64,000 nucleotides of DNA from an uncultured Acidimicrobiia bacterium (lineage in GTDB: Bacteria; Actinomycetota; Acidimicrobiia; Acidimicrobiales; AC-14). The translations under genes were made by a program, and so were the position numbers. Positions 1 to 9,708 of this stretch are shown one piece after another. Numbering within the stretch: the stretch's first letter is position 1; every line of letters begins with the position of its first letter. The notes under the pieces were generated by a model. The model was not told the origin of the DNA, ran no database searches, and worked only from the letters and a program-made list of their open reading frames with translations. Location of the stretch: the NCBI GenBank assembly GCA_963836205.1, contig CAWIIV010000017.1:128001-192000 (forward strand), given 5' to 3'.

Positions 1-546
1 AAGTCGACCCTCCTCCATCTGGTGGGCACCCTCGACCGCCCGTCGGACGGGATCGTGCGGGTCGCCGGCCACGACGTCGACCGGCTGTCGGACCGGGCCC
101 TGTCGGCGCTCCGGGCCCGCACCATCGGCTTCGTGTTCCAGCAGTTCTTCCTGCTCGACGGGATGAGCGCGCTCGACAACGTCGCCCAGGGCCTCCTCTA
201 CCACGGTGTCCCTTCCCGGGAACGGCGGCGACGGGCGGCGGCGGCCTTGGAACGGGTGGGGTTGGGGCACCGGGTGGAGCACCGTCCCGCGCAGCTGTCG
301 GGCGGCGAGCGACAACGGGTGGCCATCGCCCGGGCGGTGGTGGCCCGGCCGGCCCTCGTCTTGGCCGACGAGCCCACCGGCAACCTCGACAGCCGGTCGA
401 GCGACGAGGTGTTCGCGGTGCTGGCCGAGCTCAACGCCGACGGGACCACGGTGGTGGTCGTCACCCACGACCGGGAGCGGGCGGCGGCCCTGCCCCGGAC
501 GGTGGAGATCCTCGACGGCCGGGTCCGGCGGGAGGTGCGGGTGTGA
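1..546 (+). CDS. ABC transporter ATP-binding protein, LolD/MacB-type (5' partial)
   Basis: Frame open from base 1 (KSTLLHLVG, end of Walker A); IGFVFQQF Q-loop, [14 protein letters not shown] signature, [10 protein letters not shown] Walker B, VTHD. Confidence 0.95.
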   Translation, partial: KSTLLHLVGTLDRPSDGIVRVAGHDVDRLSDRALSALRARTIGFVFQQFFLLDGMSALDNVAQGLLYHGVPSRERRRRAAAALERVGLGHRVEHRPAQLSGGERQRVAIARAVVARPALVLADEPTGNLDSRSSDEVFAVLAELNADGTTVVVVTHDRERAAALPRTVEILDGRVRREVRV

Positions 547-1742
547 CCGCCATCCTGGTCCCGGCCCGGATGGCGGCGGCCGACGTGTTCCGGGTGGGCA
601 GCGTGGGGCTGCGCACCCGCCGGCTGCGCACCGGCCTGTCCGGGCTGGGAATCGCCCTCGGCATCGCGGCCATGGTGTCGGTGCTGGGGATCTCGGCCTC
701 GAGCCGGGCCGACCTCCTGGCCACGCTCGACCGCCTGGGCACCAACCTGCTCACCGTCACCCCCGGCCAGACCCTGTTCGGCGAGGACGCGTCCCTGCCC
801 GAGGAGTCGGTGGGGATGATCGGCCGCGTCGGGCCGGTGGAGTCGGTGAGCGCGACCGGGAACGTGTCCGCCTCCGTCCGCCGCACCGACCTCATCCCCG
901 AGTCGGAGACGGGCGGGATCTCGGTGAAGGCGGCCCGCACCGACCTGCCGGGCGTGCTCGGTGCCACCGTCCGGTCCGGGCGCTTCCTCGACGCCGCCAC
1001 CGAGCGCTACCCCGCCGTCGTCCTCGGGTCGGTGGCGGCCGAGCGCCTGGGGATCGTGAAGGCGGACCCGTCGGTCTTGGTGTTCCTGGGCGGGAACTGG
1101 TTCACGGTGGTCGGCATCCTCGACCCGGTGCCGCTGGCGCCGGAGATCGACCGGTCGGCCCTGGTCGGCTTCGGCGTGGCCGAGTCGCTGCTGGGGTTCA
1201 GCGGCCACCCGTCCACCATCTACACCCGTTCGGCGGAGGCCGCGGTGGACGCGGTGCGGGCCGTCCTGCCGGCCACCGCCAACCCGGCCAACCCCGAGGA
1301 GGTTCGGGTCAGCCGGCCGTCGGACGCGCTGGCGGCCAAGGTCGCCACCGACGACGCCTTCACCGCCCTGTTCCTCGGGCTGGGGGCCGTCGCCCTGCTG
1401 GTCGGAGGCGTCGGTATCGCCAACGTGATGGTGATCTCGGTGCTGGAGCGGCGTTCGGAGGTCGGGCTGCGGCGGGCGCTGGGGGCCACTCGGGGGCAGG
1501 TGCGGTTGCAGTTCCTGTCCGAGTCGCTCCTGCTGTCGGCCCTCGGAGGTGTGGCGGGGGCGGGGCTGGGGGCGGCGGTGACCGCCGGGTACGCCATGTC
1601 CCGAGGGTGGACGGTGGTCGTGCCGATGGTGGCCCTGGGTGCGGCGGTCGGTGCCGCGCTCGTCATCGGGGCCGTCGCCGGCCTCTACCCGGCCATGCGG
1701 GCGGCCCGCCTGTCGCCGACGGAGGCGTTGCGGTCGGTGTGA
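543..1742 (+). CDS. ABC transporter permease, MacB/FtsX family
   Basis: N-terminal TM, extracytoplasmic domain, [25 protein letters not shown] FtsX motif, [11 protein letters not shown] end; GTGA overlap with the ATPase gene. Confidence 0.95.
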   Translation: MTAILVPARMAAADVFRVGSVGLRTRRLRTGLSGLGIALGIAAMVSVLGISASSRADLLATLDRLGTNLLTVTPGQTLFGEDASLPEESVGMIGRVGPVESVSATGNVSASVRRTDLIPESETGGISVKAARTDLPGVLGATVRSGRFLDAATERYPAVVLGSVAAERLGIVKADPSVLVFLGGNWFTVVGILDPVPLAPEIDRSALVGFGVAESLLGFSGHPSTIYTRSAEAAVDAVRAVLPATANPANPEEVRVSRPSDALAAKVATDDAFTALFLGLGAVALLVGGVGIANVMVISVLERRSEVGLRRALGATRGQVRLQFLSESLLLSALGGVAGAGLGAAVTAGYAMSRGWTVVVPMVALGAAVGAALVIGAVAGLYPAMRAARLSPTEALRSV

Positions 1743-1763
1743 GCGTCGCTCGCGGTCAGGCGG

Positions 1764-2495
1764 TCAGCGGCCGCCGCCGAGCAGCCCGCCGAGGACGCCG
1801 GCCGCACCGGCACCCCCCGACTGGCCGGGCATGATCGATCGGATCCATGCCTGCAGGGCGCTCGGGTTCCGGGTCTGGGTCATCACCCAGCCGGGGCCGA
1901 CGAAGTCGAACACGAAGCCCTCGCCCGACTTCAGGGTGGCCATCATGCCGGTGGCCACCTTGCGCATCTGGCTCTGGACCTGCGGACTGAACGCGACCAC
2001 GTGGCCGGTGTCGATGGTGATCGACTCGCCTTCGGCCAAATGGATGGTGTCGAGCGCGCCGTAGCAGGCGATGAGCGCCTTCCCGTGGCCGGAGGCGTGG
2101 ACGAGGAACCCGCCCTCGCCGCCGAACAGGTTCTTGAACCCGCCCCACTTGGTGTCGAGCTCGACGCTGGCGGCGGAGGCCAGCCAGCAGCCCCGGGTGA
2201 TGAGGACGGGCTGGTCAGGGGCAACGTCGGCCACGATGATGTCGCCCGGCAGGTGGTGGGCCACGTCGACCCAACCGCCGCCGGCGGGAGCGGTGTAGAT
2301 GGTGACGAACAGGCTCTCGCCGCCCAGAGCCGAGCGCTTCAGGCCCTTCATCAGGCCACCTTGGGTGTTCGACTCGACCGAGACCCCCGACGAGGTGGCC
2401 ATCATCGCCCCCGACTCGGTGCGGAGCTTCTCCCCCGGTTCGAGGGTGACTCGGGCGGCGGCGAAGGAGGGACTGTGACGGAGGTCGACGTTCAT
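1764..2495 (-). CDS. AIM24/TIGR00266 family protein
   Basis: ESGAM, GGESLF, FGGEGGF, IDTGHVVAF, SGEG, GPG..TQTRN motifs; ATG at 2495. Confidence 0.9.
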   Translation of the reverse strand: MNVDLRHSPSFAAARVTLEPGEKLRTESGAMMATSSGVSVESNTQGGLMKGLKRSALGGESLFVTIYTAPAGGGWVDVAHHLPGDIIVADVAPDQPVLITRGCWLASAASVELDTKWGGFKNLFGGEGGFLVHASGHGKALIACYGALDTIHLAEGESITIDTGHVVAFSPQVQSQMRKVATGMMATLKSGEGFVFDFVGPGWVMTQTRNPSALQAWIRSIMPGQSGGAGAAGVLGGLLGGGR

Positions 2496-2517
2496 ACGGG
2501 CAGGGTAACCCCGGGGG

Positions 2518-2678
2518 ATGTGAAATCGTCTGGCGATGAGCTCCTCCGCCTCCCGGCCGAGGCCTGGCTGCGCCTGACGTTCGGCCGTCTCACCACCGAC
2601 CACACGCCCCCCGCCGTCACCCTCACCGGCGACGCCGTCACCCTCGACGACCTTCGCCGGGTGTTCCCCGGCATCTGA
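2518..2678 (+). pseudogene. C-terminal remnant resembling a mycothiol-dependent maleylpyruvate isomerase family protein
   Basis: LRLPAEAWLRLTFGRL...TLDDLRRVFPGI* tail with no N-terminal part. Confidence 0.5.
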
Positions 2679-3109
2679 GCAAGCCGCCCGGCCGGCTCGA
2701 CGGCCCCGGCTGAAGGCGGGGCCGACCCTCCCGGCCGACTACGCAGAGCCCGCTCCGCCGACCCGCTGGACCTGCGTCCGAGCCGTGCCCCGTTCGACCC
2801 GTCGCCCCCGTCCACGCCGCTGACCCGTTCGAATGACTGCGACGCCGACCGACGCGTCGGACCCCGTCCACCTCGAACTCTGCTGATCCCGGCCGACAAG
2901 TCCGACGCCGTCCGCCATGAGACCCCGGCCCCGTCGATGCCGGCTTGAACCGCACTCCGCCCGCGGAGTCGCGGCCGAACCCGCCACCCCGGCCCGCCCG
3001 TAGGGCGGTATGCCGCGTACTGAGTGCCGTCGTACCGTCAGACGTTCTTCCGGTCGGTCTCGCTCGAGCACTGTCCTGACGCTTGTCGCCGCAACTGGTA
3101 CTTGCACTA

Positions 3110-3123
3110 CGAACACATGTTCG
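3110..3123. promoter_or_regulatory. LexA (SOS) box
   Basis: CGAAC-ACAT-GTTCG matches the actinobacterial consensus CGAAC-N4-GTTCG, about 55 bp upstream of the DUF222/HNH gene. Confidence 0.8.
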
Positions 3124-3177
3124 TGTAGAGTGGGGGTACTTCCCCCTTGGTCAGGTGCTCGACCGGGGAGTCCGGCG

Positions 3178-4335
3178 ATGGACGTGGTGACTGGGCTGGT
3201 GGCGGCGGTCGACGCGCTGTGCGCGGCCGATCCCTCGACGCTGGCCGACGGCGAGAGCATCGTGGCCCTCGACCGCCAGCGGCAACGGCTGACGGCGGTG
3301 CTCACCCGGGCCTCGGCCGCCTTCGACTCGGCAGGTTCGTGGGCCGACGACGGCGCCCGCTCGGCAGCCAGGTGGATGGCGGCCCGCTGTGGCCTGCCGG
3401 TGGGCAGTGCCCGGGAGCGGGTGCATCTCGGTCGTGGGCTACGACACATGGCGCTGGTTGAGCAGGCATGGCTGGCGGGCGACGTCGGCCAGGCCCAGGT
3501 CTCGGCGTTGGCGGCGGCTCGCACCGAGGCCACGGCCGACTGTTTTGCCCGGGACGAGGAGATGTTGGTCTCCCAGGCCAAGGAGCTCAGTCACCGCCAC
3601 TTCAGCCGGGCCCTGGCCTACTGGGCCCAGCACGCCGATCCCGACGGAGCCGAGGACAAGGCCGCCGCCCAACGTGATGCCCGGCGCCTGCACCTGTCGG
3701 CCGGCTTCGAGGGGACCTGGGTCCTCGACGGGCTGCTCGACCCCATCTCGGGATCGATCGTGGCCGATGCCCTCAAGGCGGTGGAGGAGGAACTCTTCGC
3801 CGCCGACTGGGCCGAGGCCAAGGAGAGAGTGGGAGAGTCGGTGTGCGCAGCCGACCTGGGCCGCCGCCCGGCCCAGCGCCGGGCCGACGCCCTCGTCGAG
3901 CTGGCTCGGCGGGCCATGGCCATGCCGGCGGGAGCACGGATGCCCGAGCCGCTGTTCAGCGTCCTCGTCGGCTACGAGACCTTCGCCGGACGCATCTGCG
4001 AGCTGGCCGACGGCACCGTGGTCACGCCGGGGTCGCTCGTTTCCTGGCTCGACCAGGCGTGGGTGGAGCGGGTCGTCTTCGAGGGAGCGGATCGGGTCAC
4101 CAACGTGGGCGTTCGTCGGCGCATCTTCGCCGGGGCCACCCGCCGGGCGGTGCAGGTCCGGGACCGGGAGTGCTTCCACGAGACCTGCGAGGCCCCCACC
4201 GACGAATGCCAGGTCGACCACGTCCAGCCCTGGGCCATGGGCGGGCTCACCGTCGACGACAACGGCCGCCTGGCCTGCGCCTTCCACAACCGCCTGCGCC
4301 ACCAATCACGACCGCCGCCATTGCCGCCGCCTTGA
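3178..4335 (+). CDS. DUF222 (13E12-like) HNH endonuclease
   Basis: QRRADALVELA DUF222 motif; RDRECFHETC, DHVQPWAMGG, N..LACAFHN HNH motif; ATG at 3178. Confidence 0.9.
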   Translation: MDVVTGLVAAVDALCAADPSTLADGESIVALDRQRQRLTAVLTRASAAFDSAGSWADDGARSAARWMAARCGLPVGSARERVHLGRGLRHMALVEQAWLAGDVGQAQVSALAAARTEATADCFARDEEMLVSQAKELSHRHFSRALAYWAQHADPDGAEDKAAAQRDARRLHLSAGFEGTWVLDGLLDPISGSIVADALKAVEEELFAADWAEAKERVGESVCAADLGRRPAQRRADALVELARRAMAMPAGARMPEPLFSVLVGYETFAGRICELADGTVVTPGSLVSWLDQAWVERVVFEGADRVTNVGVRRRIFAGATRRAVQVRDRECFHETCEAPTDECQVDHVQPWAMGGLTVDDNGRLACAFHNRLRHQSRPPPLPPP

Positions 4336-4422
4336 GCGGGACCGAAGACGGCGGGAACTCCGATCGATTGAACGGCCGGATGAAAGGGGCCGGGGCGGGC
4401 ACGAGCACCGACGGAAGGATCG

Positions 4423-4578
4423 GGCATCGTTGCACCGGGGCGCGGGCCGAGCCGGGACCTCGGGCGCGGCGCGGCATCGTTGCACCGGGGCGCGGCCGAG
4501 CCGGGACCTCGGGCGCGGCGCGGCATCGTTGCACCGGGGCGCGGCCGAGCCGGGACCTCGGGGCGCGGCGCGGCATCG
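4423..4578. repeat. Tandem repeat, 3 copies of a ~49-50 bp unit plus a partial copy
   Basis: GGCATCGTTGCACCGGGGCGCGGCCGAGCCGGGACCTCGGGCGCGGCGC starting at 4423, 4473, 4522; partial at 4572. Confidence 0.9.
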
Positions 4579-4751
4579 GGGCATCGGGGGCGTCATCGGC
4601 GCACTGGGCCGCGGCGCCGGCATCGGGTCCGGGGTCCGATGGGCGGTGTCGTCGCGGCCGCTGGGAACTGCCGTCTGGCAGCGCGCGTGCCTGACAGGAT
4701 CCGGCTGACGGGCGTTTCGGCGGGGCAGGACACCACGTGAGGAGGTCACCG

Positions 4752-5699
4752 ATGCGCATCTGCCTGATGGTCGAGGGCCAGGAGGACGTGACGTGGGCGG
4801 AGTGGGTCGCCCTGGCCACCGCGTGCGAGGACGCCGGGCTCGACGGGCTGTTCCGCTCCGACCACTACCTCACGGTCCAGGGCCGGCCCGAGCGGGGCGC
4901 GCTCGATGCGTGGGCCGCCATCGCGGCATTGGCGGCCGTCACCGAGCGCATCCGGTTGGGCACACTCGTCTCGCCGGTCACCTTCCGGCATCCGTCGGTG
5001 CTGGCCAAGATGGTGGTGACCGCCGACCACGTGTCGGGGGGCCGGGTCGAGCTCGGCATCGGGGCCGGCTGGCACGAGCCCGAGCACCGGACCTTCGGCT
5101 TCCCCTTCCCACCCACCGAGACCCGGGTGGAGATGCTCGAGGAGCAGATCGAGATCGTGCGCCGGTCGTGGGAGCCGGGGCCGTTCGACTTCCACGGCCG
5201 CCATTACCAGCTCGAGGGTTGCGACGCCCGGCCCAAGCCCGCCACCCGGCCCCACCCCAACCTGATCGTGGGCGGCAGCGGCGGGCCCCGCAGCGTCGCC
5301 CTCGCCGCCCGGTGGGCGGACGAGTACAACACCGTGTTCCCCACACCCGACGTCTGCCGGGAGCGCCGGCGGAAGGTGGATGACGCGTGGCGGGCGGCGG
5401 GCCGCGACCCGTCCACCGCGGTGTTCTCGGTGATGACCGGCTGCATCATCGGCACCGACGAGGACGACCTCCTCCGGCGGGCGAGGCGGGTGATGGACCG
5501 CCATCAGGGGACAGGCCCCGAGCCGGACTGGCTGGCCGGGCGGCCCGAAGAGTGGGTCGTGGGCACCGTCGACGACGCCGTCGACCAGTTGCGCACCCTC
5601 GAGGAGGCCGGCGTGCAGCGGGTGATGCTCCAGCACCAGACCAACGACGACGTCGCGATGGTCCACCTTCTGGGCGAGGTCGCCCGCCGCCTGGAGTAG
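4752..5699 (+). CDS. LLM-class F420-dependent oxidoreductase
   Basis: FRSDHY, RLGTLVSPVTFRHP, SGGRVELGIGAGW; GGAGG RBS before ATG 4752. Confidence 0.93.
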   Translation: MRICLMVEGQEDVTWAEWVALATACEDAGLDGLFRSDHYLTVQGRPERGALDAWAAIAALAAVTERIRLGTLVSPVTFRHPSVLAKMVVTADHVSGGRVELGIGAGWHEPEHRTFGFPFPPTETRVEMLEEQIEIVRRSWEPGPFDFHGRHYQLEGCDARPKPATRPHPNLIVGGSGGPRSVALAARWADEYNTVFPTPDVCRERRRKVDDAWRAAGRDPSTAVFSVMTGCIIGTDEDDLLRRARRVMDRHQGTGPEPDWLAGRPEEWVVGTVDDAVDQLRTLEEAGVQRVMLQHQTNDDVAMVHLLGEVARRLE

Positions 5700-5924
5700 C
5701 CCAGCCGCCAGCGATCGGGCCGGCGGGAGCGGCGCGCGGTCGGGGCCGGCCCGAAGCACCTCGGCCAGGGCCGGCGATACCGGGGCCGGCGGGTGGTCGA
5801 CGGCGGCCCGCAGCTGCGCCACCAGATCGGCGGCGGCGGTCAGGCCGGGGTCGTGCCCGGTGAGGCCATCGGCCCGGCCGGAGACCACTAGGTCGGCTAT
5901 CCCCTCGTTGACGAAATCGGGCAT
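5700..5924 (-). pseudogene. Possible truncated gene (anti-sigma-like position) downstream of the ECF sigma
   Basis: ATG 5924 follows the sigma stop; plausible N-terminus (DLVAQLRAAVDHPPAP) then runs antisense into the LLM gene with no stop. Confidence 0.3.
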
Positions 5925-5948
5925 CCAGTAGGTGATCGGCGGCGGCGG

Positions 5949-6512
5949 TCAGCCCGTGACGGCCACTGGCGCCAGCTCTCGGCGGACGGCCAGGATCGCC
6001 CGGTACTGGAGGGCCCGGACGGCGCTCGGCTGCTTGCCCACCGCCTCCGCGACCTGGGCGACCGACAGGTCGGCGACCACCCGCAGGAGGAGCACGGTGC
6101 GTTGGTCGGGCGACAGCCGGTCGAGGACGGCCCGCACCCGGTCCAACTCCACCCGCGAGAGGGCCACGTCCTCCGCCGAGGCGACCCCGGCCCGACCGGC
6201 GACCCCCTCGGCGGCGGCGTCGAGGTCCTCCATCCTCGGGGTACGGGACGTCACCCGCCGGGCGTCGACGATGCGGTGGTGGGCGATGGTGAACACCCAG
6301 CTCCGGAACTGGGCCTCGGTGCCCCGGAACGCTCCCAGGCCGATGAAGGCGGCCAGGAAGACCTCGTTGACGACGTCCTCCGGGTCATTGATCCCCTGCA
6401 TGCGGACATAGGCGCTCACCGCGGGGGACAGCCATCCGTGCAGGCGGCTGAACGCCCACCCCTCGTTCGCCTGGGCTGCGTTGAGAACTTCGTCGAAGAC
6501 GTCGAGTGCCAA
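5949..6512 (-). CDS. ECF RNA polymerase sigma factor
   Basis: EDVVNEVFL, FRSWVFTIAHHRIVD (region 2); LSPDQRTVLLL..LSVAQVAEAVG (region 4). Confidence 0.92.
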   Translation of the reverse strand: MALDVFDEVLNAAQANEGWAFSRLHGWLSPAVSAYVRMQGINDPEDVVNEVFLAAFIGLGAFRGTEAQFRSWVFTIAHHRIVDARRVTSRTPRMEDLDAAAEGVAGRAGVASAEDVALSRVELDRVRAVLDRLSPDQRTVLLLRVVADLSVAQVAEAVGKQPSAVRALQYRAILAVRRELAPVAVTG

Positions 6513-6744
6513 AATCGTCCGTCCCAGGGCCGCTGGTCCTCCGGTATCGGCCGCACCCGGCCGGGACTTGAGTCGACCGCGTGGGCCGAATGATGCATTT
6601 TGGCCGTCACGGACTCGGGGTCCGCGGCGATGGCCTGGGTGACGCTCTGGCGCACCCGTCCCGTGCCTGCCGGCCCCGATCTCGCAACGAGATTGGGGCT
6701 GGAGCGCGCCGGGGCCGACGACCGCTCAGCCCCGGCCTCCCAGA

Positions 6745-7737
6745 GTGGCAACCATCGCCGTAGAATCGGGGCCCATGGCCGTTCGGAGCGAGATCCGGCT
6801 GGAAGACGACCTGGAGCAGTACCGGCGGGAGCTCACCGGGTACTGCTACCGGATGCTCGGCTCGAACTTCGAAGCCGACGACGCCGTCCAGGAGACGATG
6901 GTGCGGGCGTGGAAAGGGATCGACAGCTTCGAGGGTCGCTCGGCGATGCGCTCGTGGCTGTACCGGATCGCCACCAACGTCTGCCTCGACATGCTCCGGA
7001 GCCGCCAGCGCCGAGCTTTGGCGATGGACCTCGGCCCTTCCTCGCCGGCCGACGCCTTCACCGGTGCCACCCGCCCCGAGCACGCCTGGCTGCAACCCGT
7101 CCCCGACGCCCGGGTGATCCCCACCGACGGCGACCCGGCCGCGGTGGCCGAGTCGCGAGAGTCGATCAAGCTCGCCTTCGTCACCGCACTTCAGGCCCTT
7201 CCTCCCCGCCAGCGGGCCGTGCTCATCCTGCGGGAGGTCCTGCGCTGGCAGGCCACCGAGGTGGCCGAGCTGCTCGAAACCACGGTGGCGTCGGTGAACA
7301 GTGCCCTCCAACGGGCCCGGGCCACGCTCGCCGCCCGCAACGACGGCTCGCCCGAGCCGGAGGTGGTCAGCGCCGCCCACCAGGAGCTCCTGGCTCGCTA
7401 CGTCGACGCCTTCGAGCGCTACGACATCACCGCCCTGGTCAAGCTCCTCCACAACGACGCCGTCATGTCGATGCCGCCCTACGACTTCTGGCTGCGGGGA
7501 CCGGTGGAGATGGGCAAGTGGTTCCTGGGCAACGGCATCGGCTGCAAGGGGTCGCGGCTGATCCCGGTGGCGGCCAACGGCCACGCCGCCTACGGGTCGT
7601 ACAAGCCCGGCGCCGACGGGGGACTGCACCCGTGGTCGATCCAGGTCATCGAGATCTCAGGCGACCGGATCGTCGGGCACCACAACTTCCTCGACACCAC
7701 GCTGTTCCCCGCGTTCGGGCTCCCCGACCACCTGTAG
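6745..7737 (+). CDS. SigG-like ECF sigma factor with C-terminal SnoaL-like extension
   Basis: ELTGYCYRMLGS, DAVQETMVRAW, SWLYRIATNVCLD, LPPRQRAVLILREVL; C-terminal YVDAFERYD..DAVMSMPP domain. Confidence 0.92.
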   Translation: MATIAVESGPMAVRSEIRLEDDLEQYRRELTGYCYRMLGSNFEADDAVQETMVRAWKGIDSFEGRSAMRSWLYRIATNVCLDMLRSRQRRALAMDLGPSSPADAFTGATRPEHAWLQPVPDARVIPTDGDPAAVAESRESIKLAFVTALQALPPRQRAVLILREVLRWQATEVAELLETTVASVNSALQRARATLAARNDGSPEPEVVSAAHQELLARYVDAFERYDITALVKLLHNDAVMSMPPYDFWLRGPVEMGKWFLGNGIGCKGSRLIPVAANGHAAYGSYKPGADGGLHPWSIQVIEISGDRIVGHHNFLDTTLFPAFGLPDHL

Positions 7738-8013
7738 GACGGCACCGGTCGCGCCGGCCACCGCCCGGGCCAGGCCCAGGAAGGCGAGCAGGGCGGTCAG
7801 CTCGCCGCACGCGTCGCGGAGCTTGACCGAGCAGCCCAGACGGCGGGCGGCCAGCTGCAGGCGGGCGAGGTCGTCGACCACCGCCAGGTCGACCGGGCCG
7901 CAGAGCCCCAGCGGCCAGCTGGCGATCTCGACGCCGTCCCGCGTCAGAACCACCACCGCGACCACACCGTCCGGATGCACGATCGTACGACGACCGCCGG
8001 CGTCCAAAATCAT
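7657..8013 (-). CDS. STAS-like small protein convergent with the SigG-like gene
   Basis: DLAVVDDLARLQLAARRLGCSVKLRDACGELTALLAFLGL; 3' ends overlap; start uncertain. Confidence 0.65.
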   Translation of the reverse strand: MILDAGGRRTIVHPDGVVAVVVLTRDGVEIASWPLGLCGPVDLAVVDDLARLQLAARRLGCSVKLRDACGELTALLAFLGLARAVAGATGAVLQVVGEPERGEQRGVEEVVVPDDPVA

Positions 8014-8163
8014 CGACCGCGACCCCTGGGCGCCAGTGACCGACCGGTCCGGCTCTCGGCTGACCTACGGCGCCGGGGACTCCACCGTCGACGCGGCTCT
8101 CGAGGGACGGCCTCGACCGCTTCTCCGCCGTGCTCGTCGAGGCGCTGCGCGCCGGGACGGCCG

Positions 8164-8541
8164 TCAGGTGGGGTCGACGCGTCGGCCCAGGAGGCAGAAC
8201 TCGTTGTCCTCGGGGTCGGCCAGCACCACCCACGGCACCTCGCCCTGGCCGACGTCGACCGGGCGGGCGCCGAGGGCGAGCAGCCGCTCCAACTCCTCCG
8301 CCTGGTCGCAGCCCGACGGATTGACGTCGATGTGGACCCGGTTCTTCACCGTCTTGGGCTCGGCCACGGGCACGAAGACCAGCAGCGGAGGCGGGGCCCA
8401 CGGCTCGCCCGTCGACGACAGCCAGCACGTGCCGTCGTCGTCGTCCTCGTTGAGGGGCCAGCCGAGCACGTCGGCCCAGAAGCGGCCCACCACCCCCGGC
8501 TCCCGGCAGTCGATCACGATCTCCCTGAATACGCTGGCCAT
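8164..8541 (-). CDS. VOC/glyoxalase-like protein
   Basis: IVIDC..FWADVLGW, KNRVHID, WVVLADPEDNEFC. Confidence 0.92.
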   Translation of the reverse strand: MASVFREIVIDCREPGVVGRFWADVLGWPLNEDDDDGTCWLSSTGEPWAPPPLLVFVPVAEPKTVKNRVHIDVNPSGCDQAEELERLLALGARPVDVGQGEVPWVVLADPEDNEFCLLGRRVDPT

Positions 8542-8576
8542 AGGGGAAATCTCACCAAACGGGGAGGCAGCCAACC

Positions 8577-9422
8577 ATGCTCGAACGTCGCGAGTACCCG
8601 CCCGGAGTCCCGTGCTGGGTGGACTCGGCCCAACCCGACGCCGAGGTCGCGGCCCGGTTCTACGGCGGGCTGTTCGGATGGGACATGGAGGACCAGATGC
8701 CGGCCGACTCGCCGGGCCACTACTTCATGGCCCGGCTGCGGGGTCGGGACGTGGCCGCCATCGGGTCGCTCCCCGACCAGGCGCCACCGACGCCGGCCTG
8801 GACCACCTACATCGCGGTCGCCAGCGCCGACGAGACCGCGGCTGCGGTCACCGCGGCCGGGGGGACGGTGCTGGCGGGGCCGTTCGACGTGTTCGACTCG
8901 GGTCGCACGGCGATGTGCGCCGACCCGGCAGGCGCCGTCTTCGGCCTCTGGCAGGCCGGCGCCCACCACGGGGCACAACTGGTGAACGAACCCAACACGT
9001 GGAACTGGAGCAACCTCGAAACCCCCGACGTAAAGGGCGCCAAGGCGTTCTACGGGACGGTGTTCGGCTGGGAGGCCGCCACCGTGAGCTTCGGCGAGAT
9101 GGAGGGCGTCATGTGGCGGCTGCCGGGATACGGCGACTTCCTCGATCGGCTGGAGCCGGGTATCCGCCAACGCCAGGCCGACGCCTCGGTGCCTGCCGGC
9201 TTCACCGACTGCGTCGCCTGGATGGCGCCGACCGCCGGCGAGGGCGCCCCGCAGTGGACCATCACCTTCGCCGTCGACGACACCGACGCCATCGCCGCCC
9301 GCGCCGTCGAGCTCGGGGGTGACGTCGTGGTCGCGCCCTTCGACGCCGGCCCCGTCCGGGTGGCGACGCTGCGCGATCCCCGGGGCACGGTGTTCTCGGT
9401 GAACCGGTACAACCCGGGCTGA
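8577..9422 (+). CDS. Two-domain VOC protein (Rv0577/CFP32-like)
   Basis: PGVPCWVD, FYGGLFGW, DPAGAVFGLWQ; second domain FYGTVFGW. Confidence 0.9.
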   Translation: MLERREYPPGVPCWVDSAQPDAEVAARFYGGLFGWDMEDQMPADSPGHYFMARLRGRDVAAIGSLPDQAPPTPAWTTYIAVASADETAAAVTAAGGTVLAGPFDVFDSGRTAMCADPAGAVFGLWQAGAHHGAQLVNEPNTWNWSNLETPDVKGAKAFYGTVFGWEAATVSFGEMEGVMWRLPGYGDFLDRLEPGIRQRQADASVPAGFTDCVAWMAPTAGEGAPQWTITFAVDDTDAIAARAVELGGDVVVAPFDAGPVRVATLRDPRGTVFSVNRYNPG

Positions 9423-9462
9423 CCGTGCTGACGGGCGACAGCCCCGGCGGTCGAGGCTCCGC

Positions 9463-9649
9463 TCAGGCCACCGCCGCGACTGCGAGCGGGGCCGCCGATG
9501 ACGGGCGCGCATCCCAGTCGAACGAGCTCGCCGCAGGTGCAGCGGAGCACGACCACCCGGCCGTGAGCGGCGTCGCCGGCGAAGCCCACGATGCGGTCGG
9601 TGCCAAGCAGGACCCGGGTGCGGCAGGTCGGGCAGTGGGGAGCGAACAT
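9463..9649 (-). CDS. Small zinc-ribbon protein (probable +1 frameshift near 9521)
   Basis: MFAPHCPTC...LRCTCGELV then shifted DWDARP..AVA*; divergent from the MocR gene. Confidence 0.55.
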
Positions 9650-9708
9650 GGCCCCATCCTCACGACTGGCCCTTGCCTTGTCACCGGCCAACGGGGCACA
9701 ATTGGCTG

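Noticed and set aside
4423-4578. Possible CRISPR array
   Set aside because: Units are head-to-tail with no unique spacers, and there are no cas genes in the window
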